The notes beneath the pieces are model-generated. The model did no database searches. It was not told the DNA's origin and worked only from the letters and a program-made list of their open reading frames with translations. Below, one piece after another: positions 29,405 through 42,943 of a DNA stretch of 64,000 nucleotides (positions within the stretch are counted from its first letter, which is position 1; every line of letters begins with the position of its first letter). The DNA is from Eledone cirrhosa (lineage: Eukaryota): NCBI GenBank assembly GCA_964016885.1, contig OZ024741.1, positions 94,054,001-94,118,000 on the forward strand. The letters are read 5' to 3'. Made by a program: the position numbers and the translations under genes.

Positions 29405-29753
29405 TAATTATAATGATATAATAACAGTCTTTGGTTTTATTTTCAATGTGATATTTGATCTATGAGTGTACTTAAACATTTGAAGCAAGGAGTTTTTACA
29501 AGTAAATCTTGTATGTAGCCTTCTGAGTAATTTACTGTAATAAATCTCATATTTTGAGTTGTAATTACTTCTTCACCTAACTTTATCTGTTTTCGTATTT
29601 GAAAACCATTTATTCTATATATACATATATATACAACTACCTGAGGATATTAATGCACTGTAGATAGATCTATTGTCTTTAATGCGTCGAAACATCAGGG
29701 ATCCATAGCATGGCAACTGAAGTGGAGAATTGTCTTATGTTTGTTTTTCCCTG

Positions 29754-30237
29754 TCAGCGTATCTCCCCTGTTTGCTGAAAATTGAAGTAAGTGACACTGT
29801 CACTACTTTAAAACAATAGCGTAAGGTCTTCGAAAAGCTTTTAATTAAGCATACAGTGTATTGCAAAATACACTATATATACATTCATATATATATCACT
29901 ATTTCAGAGCACCAATTCTAATTTTCAATTTTTGCTTGACTGGCAACCGCTCTGTATAATCAGTTCCTGATTATTACTGGAATTCTATAATAATCAAACA
30001 TTCATAATTTTCAGCAAACAGGAGTGGTGAGCTTTGATAAGTACCAAAAAGTACGAAACAGGGCTCGGTCAGCTTATCTCCCCTGCTTGCTGAAAATTGA
30101 AGTAAGTGACACTGTCACTCCTCTAAAACAATAGCGTAAGGTCTTCGAAATGCTTTTAATTAAGCATACTGTGTATTGCAAAATACACTATATATATACA
30201 TTCATATATATATCGTTATTTCAGAGGACCAATTCTA

Positions 30238-30240
<3 letters not shown>
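29754..30240. repeat. ~170-bp direct repeats (29754-29920 / 30070-30240), same family as 46009-46474
   Basis: ctcccctg...gctgaaaattgaagtaagtgacactgtcact...tatttcagag.accaattctaatt is repeated and ends in (TA)n. Confidence 0.8.
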
Positions 30241-30283
<43 letters not shown>

Positions 30284-30317
30284 GTGTGTGTGTGTGTGCG
30301 TATTTATATATATATAA

Positions 30318-30650
30318 AGGTGCATCGCATAGTAGTTAGAGCGTCGGGCTTACAATCGTGACGTTCTGAGTTCGATTTTCAGACCAGGCTTTGCGTTGTG
30401 CTCTTGAGCAACACACTTTATTTCACATTTCTCCAGTTTTCTCAGTGGCAACGTCACTAGTTCCAAGCTGTACTGTATCGGTTTTTGAACTTTCCCTTGG
30501 ACAACATCGATGGCGTGGAGAGGGGAGACTGGTATGCATGGGCGACTGCAGGTCTCCCACAAACAACCTTGCCCGGACTTGTGCCTCGGATGGAACTTTC
30601 TAGGTGAAAATCCCATGTCATTCGTGACGGTAGGGGACTTTTACCCTTTA
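30318..30650 (+). mobile_element. tRNA-derived CORE-type SINE (second family)
   Basis: A box tagtagttagagc, B box gagttcgattt, core gtgctcttgagcaacacactt; (AC)n tail. Confidence 0.65.
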
Positions 30651-31103
30651 CTACACACACACACACACAGACACACACACACAGACACGCACACACGCAC
30701 ACACACAGACACACACACACACACATATATATATTGATCCCTTATCTGATTCGGCAAGAAGGTTGACATTAAGCAATCAAAATATCAAGTGAAAGCTGAC
30801 ATTTGTAAAAATTTCGCCTCAAAAAAGAAATTAAAGTTTTAATGGAAGAAACAAATAAATAAATGAAAAACAATCCAATACCAACACGAATAACCAAACA
30901 ACACTATCTTGGTAGCTCAGGTAATCACCAGAGATATAAATGAAAATATGTTTTGATATACGTAGACATTTTATTTATGCACTAATTTTCAACTAGATTT
31001 CTTTGTATTAACTTCCATCATATGTTGATATTTGGTTATTCATGATAGAAAATATTATTTTCGGCCTTAATAAAACTAACTAGATGGTTATAACTGAAGA
31101 AAA

Positions 31104-31687
31104 TCATGATTCTTGGGATACCTCAGCTTTGCAGACTTTTGAGAAGAGCTTTTTTTCTATTGTCTGCAATGTATCATAGTTAGCTACTTCAAAGACTCTC
31201 GAGCTGTCACCAGCTATGGTCTTAAGTTCATTCAAATCAACTTGTTTACCTACACCAATAGTGAAAGTTATGATATTACTCTGCGCTAGTTTTGTAGCTT
31301 CTTGGATGGTACTCTGAGGCGTTGTAGATTGGCCGTCAGTAATTACAATCACAATGTGTGGTACATCAGCTCTGCCGCCATTCGATTTCAAAAAACCCCG
31401 TGTTCGAACAAATTTCAATGCTTTCGCAGTATACGTATCACCATGAATTTGTTTAATTCCTCGTAATGCTGAAATCACAGCGGACTGCGATGATTTAGCA
31501 TTAAGATAAAAGCGATTTACCACATCGCTACTGAATGATACCATGCCAATTTGCGTGTTGTTACGTCCGACAACTGTGTCTTTGACAAAATTAATAATAA
31601 AATCAATCTGCTTCTTGTAGTCAGGGTCCCAAATACTGGTAGACTCGTCAGCTACAAATATTATGTCTGAAGGTATAACACCACAAA
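31104..31687 (-). CDS. Secreted triple-VWA protein (matrilin/collagen VI-type VWA), terminal exon 4
   Basis: Acceptor ttttttgaattacag, phase 1. Encodes DIIFVADESTS, GDTYTAKAL and IVITDG. TGA stop; AATAAA at 30975-30970. Confidence 0.88.
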
Positions 31688-33362
31688 CTGTAATTCAAAA
31701 AATAAGAAATATTGCATTATAGAACGAAAACATGTATGTATGTATGTATGTATGTATGTATGTATGTATGTATGTATGTATGTATGTATGTATGTATGCA
31801 TGCATGCATGTATGTATGAATGAATGTAGTATGTATGTATATTTGTAAACATGTATGAATGCATTTTTTATGCATGTATGAATGTATATTTGTATGTGTG
31901 CATTATGTATGTATGTGTAAGCACGTATGTATGCATCTATGTACGTGTGTTCTTGTTTTTTTTTTATAAAATTTCTCACTATTAGACAAACAAGATTCTT
32001 TCATTAATACTAATATACCAATACACCATCAAACCAACTACATCGTCTCTTTCCTTGACACCATCCCCTTCACACTCTTAGATACTATAATTATCATTAG
32101 ACCACATTCTCACACAGATGTGAAAATCAAAAAATGTTTAATAAGCTTTAAAAAAGCCCAACAGAATGAGTTACATAAAAAAAGCAGAAACAAAGTTTTC
32201 AAAATTCTGCAGCACCAAAATCACTAGACTTTGCAGTTAATTACATTCAAGAAATAATGACAGACGCCTCTAAAAAACACGCCACTAGACAACATAAAGA
32301 TATACAACTTCAACTAAACAGTAGATATAGCCAACCCCATGAAAATCAGAGATAGCATCAAACAACTTAGAAAATATCATATAAATAAGTCATACAAAGC
32401 AGAAAGTCTGATAAATATTTGTATGTTACGTAACTAATAGAAAAACACTCTTCAGAGTGATTAGTAGCCTCATCAAACCATCTCCTAAGAACAACTTTAA
32501 ATATATTTAGCAGATATTTTTCGGAATAAACCACCACGAAACATACAAATAAGACAGGATCAGAAAACGAAAAATACATACCCTCCATCTAGACACCGAT
32601 TTTTACCGCTCCTGCTAACTGACACCCCCACATAAACAGGGAAATCTAAAATATCTAAAATATCAAAGATCTTAAAACCAGACAAAGTGACAGTCAAACA
32701 CACGAACATGGACAACCGTTTCCGATCAGTGGGCCGCATAAGATATGGCTCATCATACGGCAGGCCGCACTACAAAAAAAGATTCAAGGCAAATTTGAAA
32801 TTAGGCGAGCCATTCAAAGCTGCCGTTTAAAGGAACCACTTCACTCACCAACATCTGTAATTATTCGTACCAATGGAATGTGGGAAATGGCGGAAATTAT
32901 AACACTTCTAACCATCATGCTCCACAACACAAACATACAAAACATACAAAACATACACAAGACAAAAATAGTAGAAATTATGTAAAACTCCTGCACAGAG
33001 AGAAGACAGAAAAGAAAGCAAAACGGCGTTCAAACGTGCTTAATTCAATCATAGGTGCCAAGTGAAAACAATACTTTATGGAATATCAGTCTTTCATAAG
33101 CTCTCAATCTCTCCACAACAAACCCAATTAAACACAAAGAACACAAAAACTGCACGATATACGTCATAACGAATTGTAGACAGACCACCAACACAGTTTC
33201 TGTAACTTCATGAAAAATCATCTCCATACACCCAGTCACATATATAGCATCCTAAAGCACCACTAAGAACATTTAAAAAACTCTAACATCTCCAGGACAA
33301 GAAGAAAGAACATATAGACACAGAAAGAGATTCAACATCCACAACCTCACTGAATTGAAACA

Positions 33363-33520
33363 CTGTGCTGAGATACACACCATCAACAAGTGCAGCTGTG
33401 ACCGAGTCCACCTTGCCAGATTTCACTGTGGCAACGACTAGATTCTACGGTCAGGCGGAAATAGACTGGACAGTGGAGAAAGTGCAATATTTCCAGATTG
33501 TCACATTACTCCCTGTAGGG
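33363..33520 (+). mobile_element. Possible Gypsy gag remnant
   Basis: TLPDF...FYGQAE resembles the KLPPF..WFxQxE gag N-terminus; short and decayed. Confidence 0.3.
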
Positions 33521-34009
33521 TTTAACCCTGTATATTGGCGTGTGCAATATAGTCGTCAGCTAGACAGAGAAATGATGAATCTATGCGTCATACCTCGTCG
33601 CTTGACAGACTACGTGACATAGGATTGGTTAACTATGGCTGATACGGGACTACACGACAGTAACTGCTCGACGTTGAATACGTGCTGCCTCACTTTCCAT
33701 TTATTAAAAAAAAAACCTTTACTTTTTACGAAATAAACACTTTGAGTTCTTTTACATAACAACAACAACAACAAAACTACACACACATTCGAAAACAGTT
33801 TGGCTTTGAGATATTATATTTAACTATTTAATATAGAGTCTCTGGATGCAACCTATTTTCTACCTTTTGATTTTAAGGAATGTAAGCCACCAACTTGTTT
33901 AAAACATATATATAGAGAGAAAGGCCACTATTAAAAAATATATATGACATAAATTTGATAATATAATAACTTGATAATAACTTGATAAGACAACAAATAT
34001 ATATATCCT

Positions 34010-34530
34010 AAGGCGTGTACATGTCTGCTTCATGGTCCCAGCGGACAGAATGAAAATAACGTTGCCCCGGAGGATGCCGAGGGTGATGCGTTGGAATAAC
34101 CATTCCAAATCGCGTTGCTCGCTCCTGCAGATGGCTAACTCAGCCCTGACAGTAGTAAGTAGGGAAGTGGTCCGGAGACCAAGAACGCCGAAAGTCTCCA
34201 GCACAACAGGTTCCTCGGCAAATCTATAGGAAAGCAGCCGATAATTCCACAGCTTGCAATCTTCGACTTTTCGAGCAGCGAAGCCTGGGTTAATCGCCGA
34301 ATGTACCAAGTTGTCTCTGGTGAACGTATCATTGGATGTAGCGTCCCAGATGAGTGGCTTATCACTGTGGAACGAGAAGATCGGGTCTTTTGCCGTCTCC
34401 TCGGTATAACCATGCCGGCTCGAGTTGGGAACCGAAGCCTGCGGCATCCACGCCATGCAGCATGATGTGGGAGGCGATTGACGCTGTAACGGCATGATAG
34501 AGGGTAGAGTCCGAAAGAGTCCACAATAAA
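34010..34530 (-). mobile_element. CRE-clade non-LTR retrotransposon 3' fragment (REL endonuclease)
   Basis: Encodes PLIWDAT..DTF, PVVLETFG and LFQRITLGILRGN. Confidence 0.7.
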
Positions 34531-35429
34531 TTCACAGCAATATTTGTATAGCTTTCAGAACTGGAGTGCCGGTTAATAGCGAGGATATAGCATTAAGGCA
34601 GGCACCACTTTGGGGTTGGAAGGTCGAGCGAAAACATACCAGACGGTGCTGATTTAGCCTGCACACAAGCCTGTCCGAGGCCATGTCAACAGGATAGTGT
34701 CCCATTTTCTTTGGGGAGACTGAACATCTACAGAGAGAAGCGGGATTTGGCGGAGGCTGATCAAGTTCCAGGTCGTCTAGGCCGCCTCACGTTCCCCGAT
34801 CACAGTAGGCTCCGTTGTGTTGTGGATAACCTTGTTGATGAAAACACGACAGAAGGTCACTGACGAAAATGACATTTAGTTTGTTCTAAATTATTAAATC
34901 ATTCAATTGATATCTGATGTAAACGCATGTCACGAACTTGTATAAGAATGAAATAAGATTGTGTGACTTTTATGACTTTCCTAATAGAATTAATAATACA
35001 TCTAAATCGAATTTGAAAAGATCCGGCTTCTAAAATCAATTCACAGGGAGCTTACATTTTTTACACATATATCTGTTTTAAATTCGTACGATTAAGTAAA
35101 TAATAGGGCATGGGAGAAGCGAAGGTGTTATTGCATTGAACTAATCGCATTATTAATATTTTTTTCTTTCTTCGATCTATTTTGTCTCAATCAAGAAAAC
35201 TTCACAGAATAATAAAATGTGAACATAAATCAACTATACTCTTTAATTTAGTATTTTTGTGAAGATGTTAGATTAAACAAGAAAAGAGCACTGGAGAAGT
35301 AGAAACAATAGTATCCCATACAGAATGACTTGCCCTTAAATTTTGAGTTTAAGTTGATTACTCATTTCGTACTTCTGCAATCGATAAAACAAGTTCTGAG
35401 GTCAACTCAGTTGTCTTCTAAATTTAGAA

Positions 35430-36950
35430 ACTAATATACTGTTCCAACTGTGACAATTTCGTGCACTATTCTAGCGTCCAACTTAACAGACGCGTGTCGA
35501 AAGCCCTACACCGGTGGCACTACTCGCGCTGTTTGCCCACATCGACGCCACAAGAAAGCTTCGGGGCTCGACACAAAGTAAGTGAGGGTTTGATAGCGAT
35601 CACACACCTCAAGCAGTCACTAATATCCTCCAACGACTATCCGTGAGACTAGGATTGCTGTTTTGTTTCGTGACTCTCACACTCGATATCCCGGTGATTT
35701 AGGAGAACTCGGTCTCATCCCTTGCTTTAAGCTGCTCACACACGCTGACACTGAACACACTGTCCCAAGTGGATAACACGAAACATGTTCTTCACCACGT
35801 CAATAGAACACTTTTGGGGGAGTGAGGGTTTTTCTGCGGTGTGTGTGCTGGCTTTGAACGATACTGTCCACCTATTCACATCGGATGTTTTGGCCTCTTT
35901 CCACCTGAAACACTCAGACAATGCTAACTCAGTCCTCTCGCCTTTCAATGTCTTGTATCTAGATGACGTGATACTGAGTGGTCTTGCTGATTATGTAGTT
36001 GACGACCATCGGAACATCATCCCAGCACTAGCACGCCTAGGACTTAAGGTTAACTCATCCAAGCTGGATGTAATAAATGTGAGCTATAGTGAAACACAAT
36101 ATGAAGACGCCGTACTCTGTATTGAGCCCTTACTGACTGGGGAACGACTAACTCCGAGGGATGATGCCTACATTATCAGCTCTCCAATCACTTCGAAACA
36201 TATATGATAGTGCCTAGAGACCAAACAAGTTGTTCTGGTAAGGAAAATAGACATATTACGCCTCATTGATGCGCACCTCACGCTCTTCCTCCTGAAGAAC
36301 TATTTCGCCTTCTCTAAATTTATCACCTTTATGCGAATCATCTCAACGGACTTGATGCCACCATCCATCGCTACATTGAAAAAGCCTGCAATGTTAGATT
36401 CGACGCAAGCAAAATTCCCCGCGAGGTTCAATGGACTAGAGCTCCGTGGAACATCTGACCTTGCTTTGCCGCTTTACTTATCTTTCATCATCTCCAGCTG
36501 TACCTGCATCAGCGAGATTTTCTAAAAGATATCAGAGCCCAACTAGGACCAGGAACTCGATTCATCTCTGGCCGTTTGGGTTGAAGATGACCTCCCTATA
36601 CTCCAGTATTCAGGCTAGCAACGCCGCGACTAGGACATCAAATGCATGTCAGCCTTCATACGAATCGAACCTTCCTTGGACCAACACCATCTCGCCTACC
36701 TCCGCTTTGCCTCGCAGTCAAACAGCGGCGTATGGATCAATTCAGTGCTCTCCACTTCAGTAAGTACTCTTCTTGATAACAAAGGCACCGGCATCACATT
36801 AGCCCAGTGTTTTGGACCCCTCCTGAACCACAAATATCTTGTGTAACGACGCGTTTGGACTATACCCGCTCTCTTGTTGCCACAATGCAGGTAGATTCCC
36901 TCGGTATGCCGGTTTGGATACCGTAGAGAGATAGGACGTGTCATGGCATT
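35430..36950 (+). mobile_element. Decayed CRE-clade element (RT region)
   Basis: Encodes FNVLYLDDVILSG, LARLGLKVNSSK, PARFNGL.LR..DLALP and SGVWINSV. It interrupts intron homology with 38450-38600. Confidence 0.65.
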
Positions 36951-37074
36951 TTAAAACTGGCGGAGCCAATCCCTCTCTAGGTTTAAACTCAGCCGATTTG
37001 TGCCAGAGGAGGGAAGAGGTGGGAAGAGAACGAGACAGAAAAAAAGTTTGAAAAAGATATAGAGGAAGAATCAA

Positions 37075-37220
37075 CCCTAGAACTGGACTGGTACTTTTTT
37101 ATTGACCTGAAATGGATGAAAAGAAAAGTTGACCTCGGTGGGATATGAAGTCAGAGTGCAGAGAGTCGGAAGCATTCTATCCGACATTTAGATGACTCTA
37201 CTAATTCATCGCCTATTGCA
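37075..37220 (-). mobile_element. Old SINE family A-related copy
   Basis: Diverged match including actggtacttt and gttgacctcgg. Confidence 0.65.
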
Positions 37221-37299
37221 AACATTATATAATTTAAACAAACGCTTTGAAGGATGTCACTGCGATAAATTAAGTAAGAAATATATAAATATATCTTAC

Positions 37300-37866
37300 C
37301 TCTTTTACAGACATTTTGTTTCAGAGATGTTTCGATTGTAGCCAGAGAATTGAAATCTGTTCCTTTAAAGATATATTCTGGTTTTGATGCTATTGCTTTC
37401 AATTCATCTTCATCTATTCTATTTCCAACGGCCACCGTGTAGATTCTGAGAGGATCTTTATGAAGAAGTTTAGCTTCGTTGAGTGTTTGTGTCTTTCCGT
37501 TAGAACCACCGGCAGTTACAAGAATTACGATTTTAGGTACGCCCACTCTGCCACCTTCATCGATAGTAAAAGATTCCGTTCGAATATGTTTTAGAGCCAG
37601 CCAGGTATTGATGGACCCACTTCGGTAAACAATGTTAGAAACAGCTTTTAGAATGTCATGTTTTTGAGAAAAGGCGTTCAGTTGAAACTCAGTTTTGACG
37701 TCAGTTGAGAAGGTGACCACACCGATTTGAATCTTGTCCGAACTGATATCCATATCATTTACAAATGAATTGACGAATGCAAGCTCTTTCTTAAAATTTG
37801 CTTGTGTTACACTTGTGGAACAATCGAGAACAAATACAATATCAGCAGGATTCTCGCAGATGGTTC
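37300..37866 (-). CDS. Triple-VWA protein, exon 3 (one VWA domain)
   Basis: Acceptor ccttttcag, donor G|GTAAGA, 567 nt, phase 1/1; DIVFVLDCSTS. Confidence 0.9.
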
Positions 37867-38640
37867 CTGAAAAGGTTACACATGTGTTATACAGTGATAT
37901 CTGATTCGCAAAAAAAGTAGACAAACATACCAATATTTGTCAGTATCTTGTTGCTGCCTAAGTCCATAAGAAATTGGGTTACCCTTCAGAATGAGATATT
38001 TGTATTCTGTTACAGGCTTTTGTTTTTGCAAACAAATCATTTCTTAGACTCCTATTAATTTACTTAAACGCATGCTGCAGATTTATATAGGATTAAATTG
38101 CGTGACGTTCATATTTTTTTCAATAGAAATAATGGTACTACTAAATAAGATTGGAAAACATTTGGCTTGTCTAAAGGATTCACTGAGAGTTTAAATCATC
38201 TTCATATTCATCTGTCTTGGCTTCGAGAAATGAAGTAAATGAAAGGGCATTAGATAGGAGAAAACTTTATCGCATTGGACTAATCGAAAGAAAGCCTTAT
38301 GATATATATTTACCTTCTTCGGCCCATTTTGTCCCTCGCTCAATCGAGAGAAGTTTACAGGATGCGTACAGGACAATATACTCAGCGTAAATCAATTATA
38401 ACGCATACTGTAATTGAGTATCTTTGGGAAAATGTTAGGAATGATTAACAAGAAAAGAGTACTGGAGAAGTAGAGACTGTAATACACCTTACAGAATGAC
38501 TTACCTGTAAATTCTGTGTTTAAGTCAACTTCTCATTTCATACTACAACAGTCAATAAAACATGTTCTGAGATCGACGACAGTTGTCTTCTAAATTTAGA
38601 TGCTATTATACTGAGTAAGAAATATATAAATATATCCTAC

Positions 38641-39207
38641 CTTTTTTACAGATGCTTTCTTGCACTGGTGTTTCGATTGTAGCCAGGGAATTGAAATCTG
38701 ATCCTTTAAAGATATATTCTGGTCTTGATGCTATTGCTTTCAATTCATCTTCATCTATTCTATTTCCAACAGCCACCGTGTAGATTCTGAGAGGATCTCC
38801 ATGAAGAAGTTTAGCTTCGTTGAGTGTTTGTGTCTTTCCGTTAGAACCACCGGCAGTTACAAGAATTACGATTTTAGGTACGCCCACTCTTCCACCTTCA
38901 TCGATAGTAAAAGATTCCGTTCGAATATGTTTTAGAGCCAGCCAGGTATTGATGGACCCACTTCGGTAAACAATGTTAGAAATAGCATCAAGAATGTTTT
39001 GTTTTTGAGAAAAGGTGTTCAGTTGAAACTCAGTTTTGACGTCAGTTGAGAAGGTGACCACACCGATTTGAACCTTGCCCGAACCGATATTCATATCATT
39101 TACAAAGGAATGGACGAATGCAAGCTCTTTCTTAAAGTCTGCTTGTGATAGACTTGAGGAACAATCGAGAACAAATACAATATCAGCAGGATTGTTGCAG
39201 AGGATTT
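38641..39207 (-). CDS. Triple-VWA protein, exon 2 (one VWA domain)
   Basis: Acceptor aatcatttcag, donor G|GTAGGA, 567 nt, phase 1/1; DIVFVLDCSSS. Confidence 0.9.
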
Positions 39208-40424
39208 CTGAAATGATTATAATGGGTTATCAAAAAACAAAGATACCAATGTTAGACAATATTTTTCACTGTAAGACATTGGCTTTGGTTTGTCACTGGT
39301 GTTGCGGTGTACATCTAGCAAACTTATTACAAGTAAATTGCATCATCTATTGTTGTTAAGGGCGTGCTATAAGGGGCACAATTCACTATTGTAAACATAG
39401 CTTAACAGAGTTTAATGATAACTTAAAATCCTCTCTTTGGACCCAATTTTGTCACACCCGCTTTGCTGTCTTTCAATCGTTAATCTTATATATTACTATC
39501 AAACCTCATTTACACCCCAGAGACGATATACAAAAACATTTATAGTGATAGATTCTTATGAAATTAGACTGTTTTCGTTTTTCCCTCTTCGAATGTATCG
39601 TAGTCAATACTCTAGGCATTATTCACTAAGAGTGTCACTGAGTGACATTCGTATGATAGTGACTCGATATAGTAGCAAACCTTTCGTTGGCCTGCAGAGC
39701 TCATTTTTTATTTACTAACAACGATTAACTACGTGACCTTATTTTCTTCATTATACAACCCTATCTCATGTACCACCACACTGGTTACAACCACTATAAC
39801 TACAACTTTCTTAACCACAAAAAATACCAAACCATCATCACAATCATCACAATCCTCACAACAACAACCATGGCCACTACAACCCCCATCATTCAAATCA
39901 CTTCCCCCAAGCCACCATCCCTACCACCACCACTAGTCAATGTAAGAGGTTTTACTGGTAGAGTTAAGAGCCAAACACTCGAACATTTTAGAAAATGAAT
40001 GCCATTTTAGACAAAGTAGTTTGAGATATACAAAGAGATGGTTATGGTTAGAACACATTTGACGACACGTCTTCTCAATTAGAATTGATGTAGAGCTAAA
40101 TAAGAACAAAAACATCATGGCTACGCACCAGATATTCACATACAACACAACATCCACCTCTTCGACCCTATGATGCTTTAAGTCAGTTGATTGGTTTGAA
40201 CTCTATCAATTCTATGTGAACTATCCTGGTCAGCTCATGAGTTTTATCCTTGACTCATCGTAAACGGCTGAAACCATCCCTGAACCCATCCCCACATCAT
40301 CCGACGCATGACCAATCTGTAGAGACCAAAGTCTTCCAAGTTGTTTACTCATAGCTGAGCTGGTCCTTGCCAAAAAAGATCCCTACCAACTTTTCAGAAT
40401 ACTTCTTTCCTATACTTCTTAACC

Positions 40425-41008
40425 ATGATGATATACAAATAAAATATAGAGTTATTAACTCATATTGATACCCTGCAATTAACAAGCTCAAAGTATAAAT
40501 ACTGAGCATTATAATATTAATATATGTAGAAATAAACACAGTAAATTCTGCGTCTAAAATTACGAGGGTAGATTATACCACAAATGTTTTATATATTTAA
40601 ACTGAAGCATACAGTAAGATACAAGATTTCCTATACATACCGTATCAATAACGATTTCATCTCTCGGACAGACTAAAGATTTAATCTCTTTCGCCCTGAA
40701 AATTGTGTTTGTAACAAGTAATCCTTGGGCATTTCGTCAGCGAGAGATAAGATTAAATGAAACAAAACACATCTAACAAGAAATTCACGGAAGTAAATAA
40801 TGTACCTCGTGGGTTGAAAGCTATACGTGGTGTGAGTGGTTATGCTAGAAATAATAGCCTAATTACACCCATCTTATAAGCTCACCTAGATAGGGAGCCG
40901 AAATACAAATAAAATGTAAAGTTATTAACTCATATTGATGCCCTGCAATTAACAAGCGAAAGTATAAATACTGAGCAGACATGGTCTGTCCGAGAGATGA
41001 AAATTGTA
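40425..41008. repeat. Direct plus inverted repeat element; shorter copy at 45725-45850
   Basis: 40437-40508 is repeated at 40907-40978; tttcatctctcggacagac is inverted at 40985-41003; ends in (TA)n. Confidence 0.65.
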
Positions 41009-41019
41009 TATATATATAT

Positions 41020-42010
41020 AAATGTAATCTGAGATTTTCGAATATTAATAATAATATTCGATTTTCTTAATAATAATATTCGATTTTCTTAAACGAATCG
41101 AATATTATTATTATTTAAAAAAATGTTCGCTCTACATGGCTGAATACAATAAATGTAATCTGAGTTTTTCGAATATTAATAATTGTTTCTACTTTAGGCA
41201 CAAGGCCAGCAATCACCCAGTGCATTACTGGTACTTTATTTAATAATAACATTCGATTCCTCTGCAATTATACAAACAAGCCTAATTTTTATAGCCATGT
41301 CAGTAGAATGAACCCTTCATTTTTACTCCTGTGTTGGCATGTAAACAGAACTGCAGACACTAATGTTTCTGGGTATCCCCCTTCATCAGTATAGCTCACT
41401 GTTCACCTGTCAACTGACAGAGCTAGTTAAAATATATGCTATTTTCTAAAATAAACAGTGACTGATGGGCCTGATTTACATATTAGCAGACTGACTGATC
41501 AGTCAGATCTGCATATTAATAGATCCACTGATCAGCCAGATTTGCATATCAACAGACTGGCCAGTCAGTTTCCTGTATACGAGCGATAAATGGCCGGCTT
41601 TGCCACATTCAAATAAAAAAAGAAAATGTTCGCTCTACATGGCTGAATACAATAAATGTAATCTGTGTTTTTCGAATATTAATAATAACATTCTATTCGT
41701 CTGCAATTATGCAAACAAGCCTCATTTTTATAGCCATGTCAGTAGAATGAACCCTTCATTCTTACTCCTGTGTTGGCATTGAAACAGAACTGCAGACACT
41801 AATGTTTCTGGGTATCACCCTTCTACTGACATGGCTATAAAAATGAGGCTTGTTTGCATAATTGCAGACGAATCGAATGTTATTTTTAATATTCGAAAAA
41901 CTACTGACATGGCTTTAAAAAAGAGGCTGTTTTTATTAATATTCGAACAACTCAGATTACATTTATTGTATTCAGCCATGTAGAGCGATAATTTATTCTT
42001 TTTATATATA
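41020..42010 (-). mobile_element. (TA)n-flanked tandem-plus-inverted repeat with hammerhead motif (PLE pLTR or retrozyme-like)
   Basis: 41120-41384 is repeated at 41623-41824, then folds back (41822-41990 is the inverse); hammerhead core at 41344-41403. Confidence 0.7.
41344..41403 (-). ncRNA. Putative type I hammerhead ribozyme
   Basis: The - strand reads GAGCUAUA-CUGAUGA-A-GGG(GGAUA)CCC-A-GAA-ACA(UUAG)UGU-C-UGCAGUUC. Core boxes are intact, the triplet is GUC, and stems I-III can be paired by eye. Confidence 0.7.
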
Positions 42011-42099
42011 TACAGTTATTTTCCTAATGAAACTGAGGTTATAACATTAAAGTGAGTAGGTAAAGATTCTTTTCTTAACTTGTTTGCTTTTTCCATATT

Positions 42100-42153
<54 letters not shown>

Positions 42154-42239
42154 AAAACGTTGTTGCATCCTCCCCCTCCCCCCATTAAACATAAAAAAAA
42201 CACTTAACTAGAACTCCCAAGGTTACTACAGATGCCATG

Positions 42240-42630
42240 TCTCCTCATCACTATAGTCTTTATCGACGAATTCACCCGCAGTATAGCCAAAAGTGCATCA
42301 CAAAAACTGGCCTTCTTAAGGACCAGAAAATATTTTAACCACTACATACACAAAGATCTAAGATCCATCATCAAGTCACCACCTCTTTTTGTGACTTTCT
42401 GCCGATACTGCAGTGGTTTCTGCTCCTTGCGTCCATGTTCTTCATAGCTGGTAGTCTGGACCTATTACTCGACCACATCACTCCTGAATTATTGTGTTTA
42501 TCCCCAAACGCTCTACTAATCAATACGTTCAGTTATTTTCCCACAGAATATCGACCCTCTGTAATACTTTCATTCACATGTTTTACCTGCAACCGTCGAA
42601 TTACAACTGTTTAAGACGACCGTTAACCAC
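42240..42630 (+). mobile_element. CR1/L2-like LINE 3' remnant
   Basis: SIAKSASQKLAFLRTRKYF resembles the post-RT region. Confidence 0.4.
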
Positions 42631-42786
42631 TTCGTTCTCATTTGTAGCAGAGGTTATGCGAAGTCGCCGAACACAATCACTGCCCCCCCCCCCCCCCCCG
42701 ATCAAACTAAAATAAAAAGTATTTAACACATAGGAAAGGAAAAACTCCAGAGAGGATTCAATGATCACTCAAAACTATCTACTTAC

Positions 42787-42916
42787 CATCAGATAAACCA
42801 ACATTCGATTTCGGGCTTCCATCCAGACCATTTGTGCGGGGACCCTCAATGCGGTACGCTATTACTAAAGAAGCTGCCAAAATGGTAAAGAGAATAGGAA
42901 CAAGTTGTGTTGTCAT
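42787..42916 (-). CDS. Triple-VWA protein, exon 1 (signal peptide); not in the ORF track
   Basis: Translates MTTQLVPILFTILAASLVIAYRIEGPRTNGLDGSPKSNVGLSD followed by G|GTAAGT. It has a hydrophobic leader, and its phase-1 donor matches exon 2. Confidence 0.8.
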
Positions 42917-42943
42917 CGTTGCAGGTAGAAGTATATCAGGAAT

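Noticed and set aside
32000-33350. A-rich stretch suggestive of an old LINE
   Set aside because: Too decayed to assign a family from motifs by eye.
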